In this document: positions 19,563 through 29,182 of the stretch, in pieces
How the letters are laid out: each line of letters begins with the position of its first letter
Position numbering within the stretch: the stretch's first letter is position 1
Source of the DNA: a plasmid
Sequence record: NZ_CP043850.1
Reading direction: 5' to 3' (one strand)
Length of the DNA stretch: 64,000 nt
The notes under the pieces: model-generated
What the model saw: only the letters and a program-made list of their open reading frames with translations
Database searches by the model: none
Told to the model about the DNA's origin: nothing
Program-made: the position numbers and the translations under genes

Positions 19563-20821
19563 CAGAGGACCTCACCGGTTCGAGGATCGACAGGGAAATC
19601 GACGCCGAACAACTCGTCGTAGTCGGGCAGTTCCCGAAACACCACGCTGGCCGCTGGCTGCCCGCGATGGTGCAGTCGTTCTCGGTCGCGTTTCGCGGCG
19701 CTGAACGTGGAGCGCAGCCCCCTCGCGATCTCGACGTGGACAGGGTCGATGACGGTCGCGTGTTTCGCCCAACAGCGTTCGTGGTCAGCGACGGTGCGGC
19801 CATCGCAGATCACGATCACTCGTGTCAGCGTGGCCGTCACATCCACCAGCCGCCCAATCACGCGAGGGTCAACGGAGTAGTCGTTGGCATCGATGCGGAC
19901 GTAGTAGTCCCGCGCCAATCGGACCCGGTTTCGCAGCCCCGTCACCGGCGGCAGCGGCGGCAACACGGTCATCGCCTGCAGATCCCGCTCCACCACGTCG
20001 ATAGGTCGCCCGCCCAGCGAGCGGATCGTGCGGGAGTTCGCCCGCGGGAGCCACTCCGCGAGTTGGCTGTTGAAACTGTCCGGTGACGCGAACGACCGCC
20101 CGGGCAGGAACGATGTCTCCATGTACTGGTTGTTGCGTTCGGTCATGCCCTTGAACTCCGGATCCCGCGGAGGGGCGAGCACGATCCTCGTCGCCAACGT
20201 TCCCGCGAACGCGGCCGCGGCCTGCGTGACAGTCCCCTTCCCCCCGATCGCGGCCTCACGATCCCAGACGAGCGTCTTCGAGACCCGCCCGACACGAGAG
20301 ATCAGCTGCCACATCCCCGCGACCAGATCGCCCGCCTGCCGGGACGGGAGCATCACCGCGGACAGGAACCGGGAGAACGTCAACGTCATCACGAGCACCG
20401 GCAGCATCAACGCTTGCCCATGCCCGACAGGGATCCGCGGCTCCGGGAACCACAGATCCATCTGCGCGCTCTCGCCAGGAAGATGAATCAGACGATCCGC
20501 GGGATCGACCCCGGCATACTCCGGACGAATCGTCCGGATCCGATCCTTCAGAATCGTGATCGAGTGTTCCCACCCGATCCGCTCCGCGATCACCGTCGCC
20601 GGCATCCTCGCATCCACCACCAAGAGCTTGCGGATCTCGGGCTCCGCAGCGTCAACGAGTGACCCTTTCCCTGCCCGCTGATACGACGGCGGCGTCTCTG
20701 ACGCCAACGCCGACCGCACCGTATTTCGCGCCACACCGAGCCGACGCACGATCTCCTTGATCGACACGCCCTCCGCCCGATGCAACCGCCTGATCTCTGC
20801 CCACTGTTCCAAATTGATCAC
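19562..20821 (-). CDS. istA: IS21-family transposase IstA
   Basis: 419-aa ORF with N-terminal HTH (MINLEQWAEIRRLHRAEGVSIKEIVRRLGVARNTV) and a DDE catalytic core. Overlaps the istB start. Confidence 0.9.
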   Translation of the reverse strand: MINLEQWAEIRRLHRAEGVSIKEIVRRLGVARNTVRSALASETPPSYQRAGKGSLVDAAEPEIRKLLVVDARMPATVIAERIGWEHSITILKDRIRTIRPEYAGVDPADRLIHLPGESAQMDLWFPEPRIPVGHGQALMLPVLVMTLTFSRFLSAVMLPSRQAGDLVAGMWQLISRVGRVSKTLVWDREAAIGGKGTVTQAAAAFAGTLATRIVLAPPRDPEFKGMTERNNQYMETSFLPGRSFASPDSFNSQLAEWLPRANSRTIRSLGGRPIDVVERDLQAMTVLPPLPPVTGLRNRVRLARDYYVRIDANDYSVDPRVIGRLVDVTATLTRVIVICDGRTVADHERCWAKHATVIDPVHVEIARGLRSTFSAAKRDRERLHHRGQPAASVVFRELPDYDELFGVDFPVDPRTGEVL

Positions 20822-20893
20822 CCTCCAAAGGATGCCCGGAAGGGGTCAAAATTCCCCGACGCTCAGGGGTCAGTATTCACGCGTCGTCGACAG

Positions 20894-21664
20894 CACCCGC
20901 TCGGAAAGCCACCCGTCGCTCCGCTTCTGTCGGCCGTCGCCGCGGAGGCTGCGGGCACGTTCGTCCTCGTGTTCGGAGTCATCGGAGCGGCGACCTTCTC
21001 CGCATCCTTTTCGAAGTCGGATGTCGCGGTGAACATCGGATTCCTCGGCGTCGCCTTCGCGCTCGGGCTCAGCGTGCTCGTCGGCGCCATCGCCTGGGGC
21101 CCCGTGTCGGGCGGCCACTTCAACCCTGCCGTCACGCTCGGATTGGCGACCGCCGGATTCTTCTCGTGGCGCCGCGTCCCGGCCTACATCGCGTCGCAGT
21201 TCGTGGGTGGGCTACTCGCGTCCACCGCACTTGTTCTCGTTGCGGCGGGCACCAGCACGGAATTCCTGTCAGACGCTCGAAAGAGCGGATTCGCGTCCAC
21301 CGGCTGGGGACCGCTCTCACCAAGCGGGGCCTCCTGGGAGGCGGCGTTCCTCATCGAGGCGGTCACCACGGCCGTGCTCATGGCGGTCGTCCTCGCCGTC
21401 TCCACTCGTCGCACGGACGCGACGCTCGCGCCGCTGGCCATCGGGTTCACGCTGACGGTGGCGGCGCTCGTCGCGATCCCGATCTCGAACGGCTCTTTCA
21501 ACCCGGCCCGCTCGATAGCGACCGCCGTCTACGGGGGCCCTGTCGCGCTCGAGCAGTTGTGGCTCTCGCTCGTCGCGCCAACCCTCGGCGCGGCGCTGGT
21601 CGGCCTCGTCGTGACAGCGGTCCGCCACCTCGCGCCGCGAGCGAGGAGAAGCTCCTACATCTGA
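20894..21664 (+). CDS. aquaporin/MIP-family channel (AqpZ/GlpF-like), 5' end replaced by IS21 sequence
   Basis: Two NPA boxes (GHFNPAVT, GSFNPARS) and six TM helices. The in-frame ORF continues 38 codons into IS21 copy 1. No ATG/GTG/TTG start lies between the IS border (20892) and TM1 (AAGTFVLVFG). Confidence 0.65.
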   Translation, partial: HPLGKPPVAPLLSAVAAEAAGTFVLVFGVIGAATFSASFSKSDVAVNIGFLGVAFALGLSVLVGAIAWGPVSGGHFNPAVTLGLATAGFFSWRRVPAYIASQFVGGLLASTALVLVAAGTSTEFLSDARKSGFASTGWGPLSPSGASWEAAFLIEAVTTAVLMAVVLAVSTRRTDATLAPLAIGFTLTVAALVAIPISNGSFNPARSIATAVYGGPVALEQLWLSLVAPTLGAALVGLVVTAVRHLAPRARRSSYI

Positions 21665-22299
21665 GTGCGGTGCGTGTTCCATCCCGGAGATCCGGGACGG
21701 CGTGACGCTTATGCGGCCGCGTCGACGACCTTCGTCGCGCGGTATGTACTCACGGCGCGGAGGACGGCAGGTGTTGCATGCTGGACGACCCTCAAAGCGC
21801 CGGTCGCGATCTGGAGCCGGCGCTGCACGGCCGCGTCGGCAGCCATCTTCAGGCCGATCTCTATGCCACGTTCGATCCCAACGGCAACGCCGCGGTTGAA
21901 GCCGAGACCGTAAACAGGACTTCCCATGAGTGCTCCCCAGATTGAGTGGTGCTGTCGAGCGTAGTGAGATCCGGGAGCGCCAGACCGTGAGGTGGCTGGG
22001 ACTTCAGGCGGAATCGTCAGGCTGTCGGCGCATCCTCGTTCACCGACGGAGGCACCGGCCCACGAGCGGCACGTACGCCAGCCCTGTACGCGCGCATCTC
22101 CCGTCGCGCGAATCGCTGATGGACGAACCATTCCCGAATGGTTCGTCCCAGACGGCGGCGGCGGACGTCGTCGACAAACATCAGCCATCCCACCCGAACC
22201 GACCGTGCCCGCTGCGTGACCTTGTTGTCGGACGGGTCCGAGACGAGCAACCATCGTTGCACCTGCACGTCCGGGCTGGAGCGCGGCTCCGCGAGCTCG

Positions 22300-22785
22300 T
22301 CAACATGGTCTTCCAAAACCCCGACGATGACGTTGCGGCGTTGCTCCGGGTATGCCCATTCCCTCGTGACGCGTTGCGCGCGAGCGAGGGTGAATTCGTA
22401 CTCCGTGCGCGCAATCGGTTCCATGCCCGGTCGGCAGTGCGGGTAGCAACTGCTCCGCGGTGTGACCCAGCTTCCGGAGGAACGCCTCGACCTCGCCCCG
22501 CTGACGTTGCGCGCGAGGAGACGTCACGCGGTCACTCCACAATCGCACCGCGTCACCGTACTGACGGGCGAAGTCCGACCGCGCCAGCCCGTCTTCGCGG
22601 CCGGCGAGCGACAACGCCGACACGGCGATGGCGAACTCGTCTCCGACAGACCGGTCGAGCTGGAAGTCACGATTGGAGCGAGCCTCGCGGCTGGCGTCGC
22701 GTGCGATGACCAATCCGACCAGAGCAAGGATCACCGACAGCAGAGACGCGATGACCTGGATCCAGGTCGCGAAGGCGTTGTCCAC
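22300..22785 (-). CDS. hypothetical membrane-anchored protein (possibly frameshifted with 22017-22424)
   Basis: 161-aa ORF with an N-terminal TM (IQVIASLLSVILALVGLVIA). It overlaps a second same-strand ORF (22017-22424) in another frame. Coding status uncertain. Confidence 0.25.
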   Translation of the reverse strand: MDNAFATWIQVIASLLSVILALVGLVIARDASREARSNRDFQLDRSVGDEFAIAVSALSLAGREDGLARSDFARQYGDAVRLWSDRVTSPRAQRQRGEVEAFLRKLGHTAEQLLPALPTGHGTDCAHGVRIHPRSRATRHEGMGIPGATPQRHRRGFGRPC

Positions 22786-22882
22786 AGACGAACAGTATCG
22801 TCAGGACGCCGCATTCTTCCTTCCAAGAATGCAGAAGAGGTGCACCCGGATCCCGGGTGCACCTCTTCTACTGCGCCGCTTC

Positions 22883-23719
22883 TTACTTCTGGATGAAGGC
22901 GAGGAGGTCAGGGTTGATGACCTCGGCGTGCGTGGTCAGCATGCCGTGCGGGTAGCCGGCGTACAGCTTCAGCTCAGAGTTCTGGAGGAGCTCGTGCTGC
23001 AGGAGCGCGGCGGCCTTGTAGGGAACGACCTGGTCGTCGTCGCCCTGCATGACGAGAACGGGGACCGTGATGGCCTTGAGGTCTTCGGTCTGGTCGGTCT
23101 CGGAGAAGGCCTTGATGCCCTCGTAGTGAGCGAGCGCGCTGCCCGTCATGCCCTGACGCCACCAGTTCGCGACGACCGGCTCGGACACCTCGACACCGTC
23201 GCGGTTGAAGCCGTAGAACGGACCCGACGCCACGGCCTGGAAGAACTCGGCACGGTTGGCGGCGAGAGCGGAACGGAAACCGTCGAGGACCTCGATGGGC
23301 GTGCCCTCGGGGTTGCTGTCGGACTTCAGCATGATGGGAGGAACCGAGGAGACGAGCACGGCCTTGGCGACACGACCCTGGGGCTGACCGTACTTGGCGA
23401 CGTAGCGAGCGACCTGGCCGCCGCCGGTGGAGTGGCCGATGTGGATGGCGTTCTGCAGGTCGAGGTGCTCGACGACGGCGTTCACGTCGCTGGCGTAGTG
23501 GTCCATGTCGTGGCCGGTGCTGATCTGCGACGAACGTCCGTGGCCGCGGCGGTCGCTGGCGACGACGCGGTAGCCCTTCGAGAGGAAGTAGAGCATCTGT
23601 GCGTCCCAGTCGTCGGACGACAGCGGCCAGCCGTGGTGGAACACGATGGGCTGGGCGTTCTTGTCGCCCCAGTCCTTGAAGTAGATCTCTGCGCCGTCTT
23701 CGGTGGTGATGTATCCCAT
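22883..23719 (-). CDS. alpha/beta-hydrolase, non-haem haloperoxidase/esterase-like
   Basis: 278 aa from MGYITTEDGAEIYF. Nucleophile elbow IGHSTGG plus HGWPLSSDDW and C-terminal Asp/His. Typical bromoperoxidase A2 / chloroperoxidase fold. Confidence 0.8.
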   Translation of the reverse strand: MGYITTEDGAEIYFKDWGDKNAQPIVFHHGWPLSSDDWDAQMLYFLSKGYRVVASDRRGHGRSSQISTGHDMDHYASDVNAVVEHLDLQNAIHIGHSTGGGQVARYVAKYGQPQGRVAKAVLVSSVPPIMLKSDSNPEGTPIEVLDGFRSALAANRAEFFQAVASGPFYGFNRDGVEVSEPVVANWWRQGMTGSALAHYEGIKAFSETDQTEDLKAITVPVLVMQGDDDQVVPYKAAALLQHELLQNSELKLYAGYPHGMLTTHAEVINPDLLAFIQK

Positions 23720-23896
23720 GATGAGTCCTTTGTCATGTCGTCGAACGAGCAAGCCCGCGCGACTGGTGGGTAGTTTGCGCCTCGACGATGTGGCGACTGC
23801 ATTCACGGTAACTTTCGGGCGCCCGCGATGTCAACGTCGGCCGAATATTGACCCCTTATCGTCGTTGAATTTTGACCCCCTCGAATTGATGTGTTG

Positions 23897-24676
23897 TTAC
23901 TTGCCCGCGGGTTGTGCGGGGGTCTTGAGGAGCTCGCGGCGTGCCCTGGTGCGGTAGGAGTCCCCGCCGAGGGTGAGGACTTCCGCGTGGTGAACGAGTC
24001 GGTCGATCATCGCGGCCGCGACGATGTCGTCGGAGAAGATCTCACCCCATCTGCCGAAGGGCATGTTGCTGGTGAGCACGATCGAGCCTTGCTCGTAGCG
24101 GGACGCGATGAGTTGGAAGAACAGGTTCGCGGCGTCCGCGTCGAATGGCAGGTAGCCGACCTCGTCGATGATCAGCATCCGGTAGCGGCGGAGTCGTTTC
24201 AGCTCATGCTCGAGCCGGCCGGCTGCGTGCGCGGCCTGGAGTCGGCCAGCCCAGCCGGTCGCGGTATCGAACAACACCGGGTATCCAGCGTGCGCGGCTT
24301 TGATGCCGAGGCCGATCGCGAGGTGTGTTTTGCCGACACCGGGTGGGCCGAGCAGGATCACGTTCTCCGCTTTCGGGATGAACGTTGTCGTCGCGAGGTG
24401 AGCGAGGACATCGCGACGCAGCGAGGGCTGATGGTCGGCGTTGAAGTCGTCCAGGGTCTTCACCGCGGGGAAGTGAGCGCCCGCGATTCGCAGTGTCGTT
24501 CCGTTCGCTTCCCGGTCCGCGACCTGGCGTTGCAGGACCGCGGTGAGGTATTCCTCGTGGGACCAGCCCTCGGTGCGGGCTTGATCGCCGAGGGTCTCCC
24601 AGACCCGGCCGATCGTGGGGGTCTTCAACGCCCGGGTCAGGTATCCCATCGTCGCCGCGATCTCCGTTTCGGGCAT
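23897..24676 (-). CDS. istB: IS21-family helper ATPase IstB (intact)
   Basis: 259 aa with Walker A GPPGVGKTHLA and Walker B LLIIDEVGY. Confidence 0.9.
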   Translation of the reverse strand: MPETEIAATMGYLTRALKTPTIGRVWETLGDQARTEGWSHEEYLTAVLQRQVADREANGTTLRIAGAHFPAVKTLDDFNADHQPSLRRDVLAHLATTTFIPKAENVILLGPPGVGKTHLAIGLGIKAAHAGYPVLFDTATGWAGRLQAAHAAGRLEHELKRLRRYRMLIIDEVGYLPFDADAANLFFQLIASRYEQGSIVLTSNMPFGRWGEIFSDDIVAAAMIDRLVHHAEVLTLGGDSYRTRARRELLKTPAQPAGK

Positions 24677-25935
24677 CAGAGGACCTCACCGGTTCGAGGA
24701 TCGACAGGGAAATCGACGCCGAACAACTCGTCGTAGTCGGGCAGTTCCCGAAACACCACGCTGGCCGCTGGCTGCCCGCGATGGTGCAGTCGTTCTCGGT
24801 CGCGTTTCGCGGCGCTGAACGTGGAGCGCAGCCCCCTCGCGATCTCGACGTGGACAGGGTCGATGACGGTCGCGTGTTTCGCCCAACAGCGTTCGTGGTC
24901 AGCGACGGTGCGGCCATCGCAGATCACGATCACTCGTGTCAGCGTGGCCGTCACATCCACCAGCCGCCCAATCACGCGAGGGTCAACGGAGTAGTCGTTG
25001 GCATCGATGCGGACGTAGTAGTCCCGCGCCAATCGGACCCGGTTTCGCAGCCCCGTCACCGGCGGCAGCGGCGGCAACACGGTCATCGCCTGCAGATCCC
25101 GCTCCACCACGTCGATAGGTCGCCCGCCCAGCGAGCGGATCGTGCGGGAGTTCGCCCGCGGGAGCCACTCCGCGAGTTGGCTGTTGAAACTGTCCGGTGA
25201 CGCGAACGACCGCCCGGGCAGGAACGATGTCTCCATGTACTGGTTGTTGCGTTCGGTCATGCCCTTGAACTCCGGATCCCGCGGAGGGGCGAGCACGATC
25301 CTCGTCGCCAACGTTCCCGCGAACGCGGCCGCGGCCTGCGTGACAGTCCCCTTCCCCCCGATCGCGGCCTCACGATCCCAGACGAGCGTCTTCGAGACCC
25401 GCCCGACACGAGAGATCAGCTGCCACATCCCCGCGACCAGATCGCCCGCCTGCCGGGACGGGAGCATCACCGCGGACAGGAACCGGGAGAACGTCAACGT
25501 CATCACGAGCACCGGCAGCATCAACGCTTGCCCATGCCCGACAGGGATCCGCGGCTCCGGGAACCACAGATCCATCTGCGCGCTCTCGCCAGGAAGATGA
25601 ATCAGACGATCCGCGGGATCGACCCCGGCATACTCCGGACGAATCGTCCGGATCCGATCCTTCAGAATCGTGATCGAGTGTTCCCACCCGATCCGCTCCG
25701 CGATCACCGTCGCCGGCATCCTCGCATCCACCACCAAGAGCTTGCGGATCTCGGGCTCCGCAGCGTCAACGAGTGACCCTTTCCCTGCCCGCTGATACGA
25801 CGGCGGCGTCTCTGACGCCAACGCCGACCGCACCGTATTTCGCGCCACACCGAGCCGACGCACGATCTCCTTGATCGACACGCCCTCCGCCCGATGCAAC
25901 CGCCTGATCTCTGCCCACTGTTCCAAATTGATCAC
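24676..25935 (-). CDS. istA: IS21-family transposase IstA
   Basis: Identical to 19562-20821. Confidence 0.9.
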   Translation of the reverse strand: MINLEQWAEIRRLHRAEGVSIKEIVRRLGVARNTVRSALASETPPSYQRAGKGSLVDAAEPEIRKLLVVDARMPATVIAERIGWEHSITILKDRIRTIRPEYAGVDPADRLIHLPGESAQMDLWFPEPRIPVGHGQALMLPVLVMTLTFSRFLSAVMLPSRQAGDLVAGMWQLISRVGRVSKTLVWDREAAIGGKGTVTQAAAAFAGTLATRIVLAPPRDPEFKGMTERNNQYMETSFLPGRSFASPDSFNSQLAEWLPRANSRTIRSLGGRPIDVVERDLQAMTVLPPLPPVTGLRNRVRLARDYYVRIDANDYSVDPRVIGRLVDVTATLTRVIVICDGRTVADHERCWAKHATVIDPVHVEIARGLRSTFSAAKRDRERLHHRGQPAASVVFRELPDYDELFGVDFPVDPRTGEVL

Positions 25936-26080
25936 CCTCCAAAGGATGCCCGGAAGGGGTCAAAATTCCCCGACGCTCAGGGGTCAGTATTCACGCGTCG
26001 TCGACAGGGGTCCCTCGCCACAAACGACCGAATCTGTCGAGTCAGTTGCAGAGCGCCGGGGTCAAGGGAACGACTCCGCC

Positions 26081-26647
26081 TTAGCGGGGATGGCGGAGGC
26101 CGCGTGACCGTGCGATGAGGCAGACCAGCAGCCCGAGGGCTGCTGCCGTACTGGCAAGGTGGATCGGCCACGCCCACGGGCTGTGGTCGCCCCCGGAGAT
26201 CATGTAGGTGTCGGCCAGGCCCAATCCCATACCGAAGGAGGCCACCCAGTAGGCAGGGGCCGCGGCGGTAAGCAATCCCAGGCCCATGGTCAGGAGCATC
26301 AGAGGGTCGATCCGTGGCCGGCGCCGGGCCAGGCGACCCAGCACGAGGGCGCCGCCGATTCCTGCGAAGAAAGCGAGCGCGGGGAAGGCCGCCAGCTCGA
26401 ACACGCTGACCTGCGGGGCCAAGTCAGCATAGATCTGGGTGAGGCTACGGTCTGCGGGTGCTGCGGCCAGCGGGTTGAGGACGAGGGTCTGCAATGCCCC
26501 GAGGAGGGCCAACATCGCCAGGAGGGAGGGGATCGCAGTGCGTGTCGCCGGACCCATCCACGCAGGCCTAGCGGAGGCGGGTGAGCCGCCAGCGGTGCGG
26601 GGCTCGACCGGGCCCGGGCGGGCAGAAGGCGGGAAAGGGCGCGACAT
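26081..26647 (-). CDS. hypothetical polytopic membrane protein
   Basis: 188-aa ORF with 4-5 predicted TM helices. Start uncertain (Pro/Arg-rich N-terminus may be an over-extension). Confidence 0.4.
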   Translation of the reverse strand: MSRPFPPSARPGPVEPRTAGGSPASARPAWMGPATRTAIPSLLAMLALLGALQTLVLNPLAAAPADRSLTQIYADLAPQVSVFELAAFPALAFFAGIGGALVLGRLARRRPRIDPLMLLTMGLGLLTAAAPAYWVASFGMGLGLADTYMISGGDHSPWAWPIHLASTAAALGLLVCLIARSRGLRHPR

Positions 26648-26799
26648 GGGCTCACTCTAGGGCCATCCCCGCGCCTGGCCCTCGGTGACCAAGCAGGGTG
26701 CAGGCGCATTGGCTGGGCATCTGGCTGAGTTGCAGCGGATGGCCCAACTGGCTTCGCCCACTGGCGCGTCTTCGGGACGACGCAAACGACCGAATCTGC

Positions 26800-27297
26800 C
26801 TAATCGACGGGCTGGAATCCAAGTTTCTGGTAGATCCCCATGGCCGCCTCGGAGGTGCCCTCGCCGAAGCGCAGACTCAGGGCGGGGTCGCCGGCGGCGG
26901 AGCAGACGTCGACGGCGTGCTGCACCAGGGCGCGCCCGACCCCCTTCCCGCGCGCGGCGGGATCGGTGAAGAGGTCAATGATGAACGGCCCCGCGAGGTC
27001 CGCGTCCCAGATCGAGTGGGTGACCACCATGATCGCCCCGGCCAGGCGGCCGTCCACCCACGCCGAGGCGCTCGCGTCGGCGCGCAGCTCCCCGTAGTCG
27101 CCGCGGAAGGTCGCCTCCATCTCCTCCCGCGCTTCGGCCAGGTCGGAGGCGGCGACGCCCGGTGGGTAGGCGGCGAGGTAGCACCGGGCCAGGTCATCGG
27201 CCGTCCCCGCGTCCAGTCCTCGGAGCTCGAGGCTTCCAGGGGCGTGGTCAGCGGAGTGGGTCGGCGGCAGGTGAAGGGTCAGCAGGTCAGTAGACAC
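26800..27297 (-). CDS. GNAT-family N-acetyltransferase
   Basis: 165 aa with acetyl-CoA-binding motif A (RGKGVGRALVQHAVDV) and a C-terminal YQKLGF. Confidence 0.65.
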   Translation of the reverse strand: MSTDLLTLHLPPTHSADHAPGSLELRGLDAGTADDLARCYLAAYPPGVAASDLAEAREEMEATFRGDYGELRADASASAWVDGRLAGAIMVVTHSIWDADLAGPFIIDLFTDPAARGKGVGRALVQHAVDVCSAAGDPALSLRFGEGTSEAAMGIYQKLGFQPVD

Positions 27298-27708
27298 AGG
27301 GGTTCCTCTCGTGATGGTTGGCTACTCACAGTGATGCCGTCACAGAGTGAACATGGTCAGAACGATAACAGCGCACACCTGCTCTCGGAATGAGTCGAGT
27401 CGGTCGGAACATGAGTGACCTATGCATGTCCAAGCAATGCACGCGCTGGCAGTTCGTTTCGGTGGCGGGGATTGGGCCAGCCACAAACAACCGATATGGG
27501 CGTTCAGCGAGGGGGTGAGTCGGTCTCTGCGGATCGGGGGGTCACCGCGGGGAGGTCACAGGGGAGCTTCACGACTGTCCGACTCGCGGCGACGCTTGGT
27601 GATCGCAGTCCGAAAGATGAGCGGCACGATCCCGAGGACGAAAAGACCCCAGCCCACCAGGGCGCGCCATTCCATCTGCGAGTTGGAGAGAACAAGGCTC
27701 CCGGCGAG

Positions 27709-29129
27709 AGTTGAGTCCCGCATAGTGGTGTAGCGCCCGGTGGTCGGGCGTGTCGTCTCAGACGTGGACGCGGCCACCGTGTGATCCGTCGAGTCAACCT
27801 TCCACAGAATCCTCGAATGGAGTCATCACGATGACCGCTCCTCATATTCTCGACCCTGCCGGCCTGCTCGGAGAAGCCCTGTCTGAAGCGTCCCCGGACA
27901 TGATGCGCCATCTGCTGCAGACCATGATCAACACCTTGCTGTCCGCGGATGCCGACGCGGTGGTCGGTGCCGAATGGGGCAAGCCCAGCTCCTCGCGCAC
28001 TGCTCAGCGGAACGGGTACCGCCACCGGGACCTGGACACCCGGGTCGGCACCCTGGACGTGGCCATCCCCAAGCTCAGATCGGGCACGTACTTCCCGGAC
28101 TGGCTACTTGAACGCAGGAAGAGAGCGGAGTCGGCGCTGATCACCGTGGTCGCTGACTGCTACCTCGCCGGGGTCTCGACCCGACGGATGGACAAGCTGG
28201 TCAAGACTCTGGGCGTCAACGCCCTGTCCAAGTCCCAAGTCTCCCGGATGGCCACCGAGCTCGACGAGCAGGTGGAGGCCTTCCGCCACCGGCCGCTCGG
28301 GGAGGCGGGACCGTTCACGTTCGTTGCCGCGGACGCGTTGACGATGAAGGTGCGTGAGGGCGGGCGTGTGGTCAACGCGGTGGTGCTCATCGCCACCGGG
28401 GTCAACGGCGACGGCCACCGCGAAGTGTTGGGCCTGCGGGTGGCCACCAGCGAGACCGGGGCGGCGTGGAACGAGTTCTTCGCCGACCTGGTCGCCCGGG
28501 GCCTGGCCGGGGTCCGGCTGGTCACCTCTGATGCCCACCCCGGGCTCAAGGACGCCATCGCCGCGAACCTGCCCGGTGCGGTGTGGCAACGCTGCCGCAC
28601 CCACTACGCGGCGAACCTGATGGGCATCACCCCGAAGAGCATGTGGCCGGCGGTGAAGGCCATGCTCCACTCGGTCTACGACCAGCCCGATGCCGCCAGC
28701 GTCAACGCCCAGTTCGACCGGCTGCTGGACTACGTGAGCGAGAAACTGCCGGTGGTGGCCGAGCACCTCGATGCTGCCCGGGCCGACATCCTGGCGTTCA
28801 CCACATTCCCCAAGGACGTCTGGACCCAGATCTGGTCGAACAACCCGGCCGAGCGGCTCAACCGCGAGATCCGCCGCCGCACCGACGCGGTGGGCATCTT
28901 CCCCAACCGGGCGGCCATCGTCAGGCTAGTGGGTGCGGTGCTGGCCGAGCAGACCGATGAATGGGCCGAGGGTCGACGCTACCTCGGTCTCGAAGTCCTG
29001 GCCCGCTGCCGACTCACCACCGTGACCAACACCGGAGACGAGGTGGACCCCGACACCGAACTCAACCTCGGCCTCAGCGCCTGACCCCCATGAAGGATCA
29101 GACCGCTACACCATCACGAGGGGCTTGAC
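27709..29129 (+). mobile_element. IS256-family insertion sequence (about 1.42 kb) with 8-bp target-site duplication
   Basis: Imperfect about 27-bp terminal IRs (AGTTGAGTCCCGCATAGTGGTGTAGCG / rc GGTCAAGCCCCTCGTGATGGTGTAGCG). Flanked by the direct repeat CCGGCGAG (27701-27708 and 29131-29138). Encodes a mutator-type transposase. Confidence 0.8.
27831..29084 (+). CDS. IS256-family (mutator-type) transposase
   Basis: 417 aa from MTAPHILDPAGLL, RBS GGAG upstream. Conserved IS256 transposase blocks (DxxVxTxxGxREVLG, ...WQRCxxH, NxxERxNReIRRRT). Confidence 0.85.
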   Translation: MTAPHILDPAGLLGEALSEASPDMMRHLLQTMINTLLSADADAVVGAEWGKPSSSRTAQRNGYRHRDLDTRVGTLDVAIPKLRSGTYFPDWLLERRKRAESALITVVADCYLAGVSTRRMDKLVKTLGVNALSKSQVSRMATELDEQVEAFRHRPLGEAGPFTFVAADALTMKVREGGRVVNAVVLIATGVNGDGHREVLGLRVATSETGAAWNEFFADLVARGLAGVRLVTSDAHPGLKDAIAANLPGAVWQRCRTHYAANLMGITPKSMWPAVKAMLHSVYDQPDAASVNAQFDRLLDYVSEKLPVVAEHLDAARADILAFTTFPKDVWTQIWSNNPAERLNREIRRRTDAVGIFPNRAAIVRLVGAVLAEQTDEWAEGRRYLGLEVLARCRLTTVTNTGDEVDPDTELNLGLSA

Positions 29130-29182
29130 CCCGGCGAGCCATAGCGCCATGGTCAGCAAGGTGAGGCCCCAGTAGGTTCGCT

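Larger units (their letters stand above)
18715..20892 (-). mobile_element. IS21-family insertion sequence, copy 1 (2178 bp)
   Basis: Identical (apart from one base seen) to 23829-26006, 5114 bp away. Imperfect terminal IRs TGTCAACGTCGGCCGAATATTGACCCC / rc TGTCGACGACGCGTGAATACTGACCCC, plus sub-terminal GGGGTCAAAATTCC repeats. Carries istA and istB. Confidence 0.9.
23829..26006 (-). mobile_element. IS21-family insertion sequence, copy 2 (intact)
   Basis: Direct repeat of copy 1 with the same IRs. Both istA (24676-25935) and istB (23897-24676) are intact. Confidence 0.9.

Noticed and set aside
20780-20893. First 38 codons of the aquaporin ORF (MQPPDLCPLFQIDHPPKD...)
   Set aside because: This sequence lies inside the IS21 right end and is repeated identically at 25894-26007 with no gene attached. 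It is not native aquaporin coding sequence.
18715-26006. 5.1-kb direct duplication as a possible assembly artefact
   Set aside because: The copies differ by a clean CAA/TAA substitution in istB and have different unique flanks on all four sides, which argues for two real IS21 copies. Read-level confirmation is still needed.
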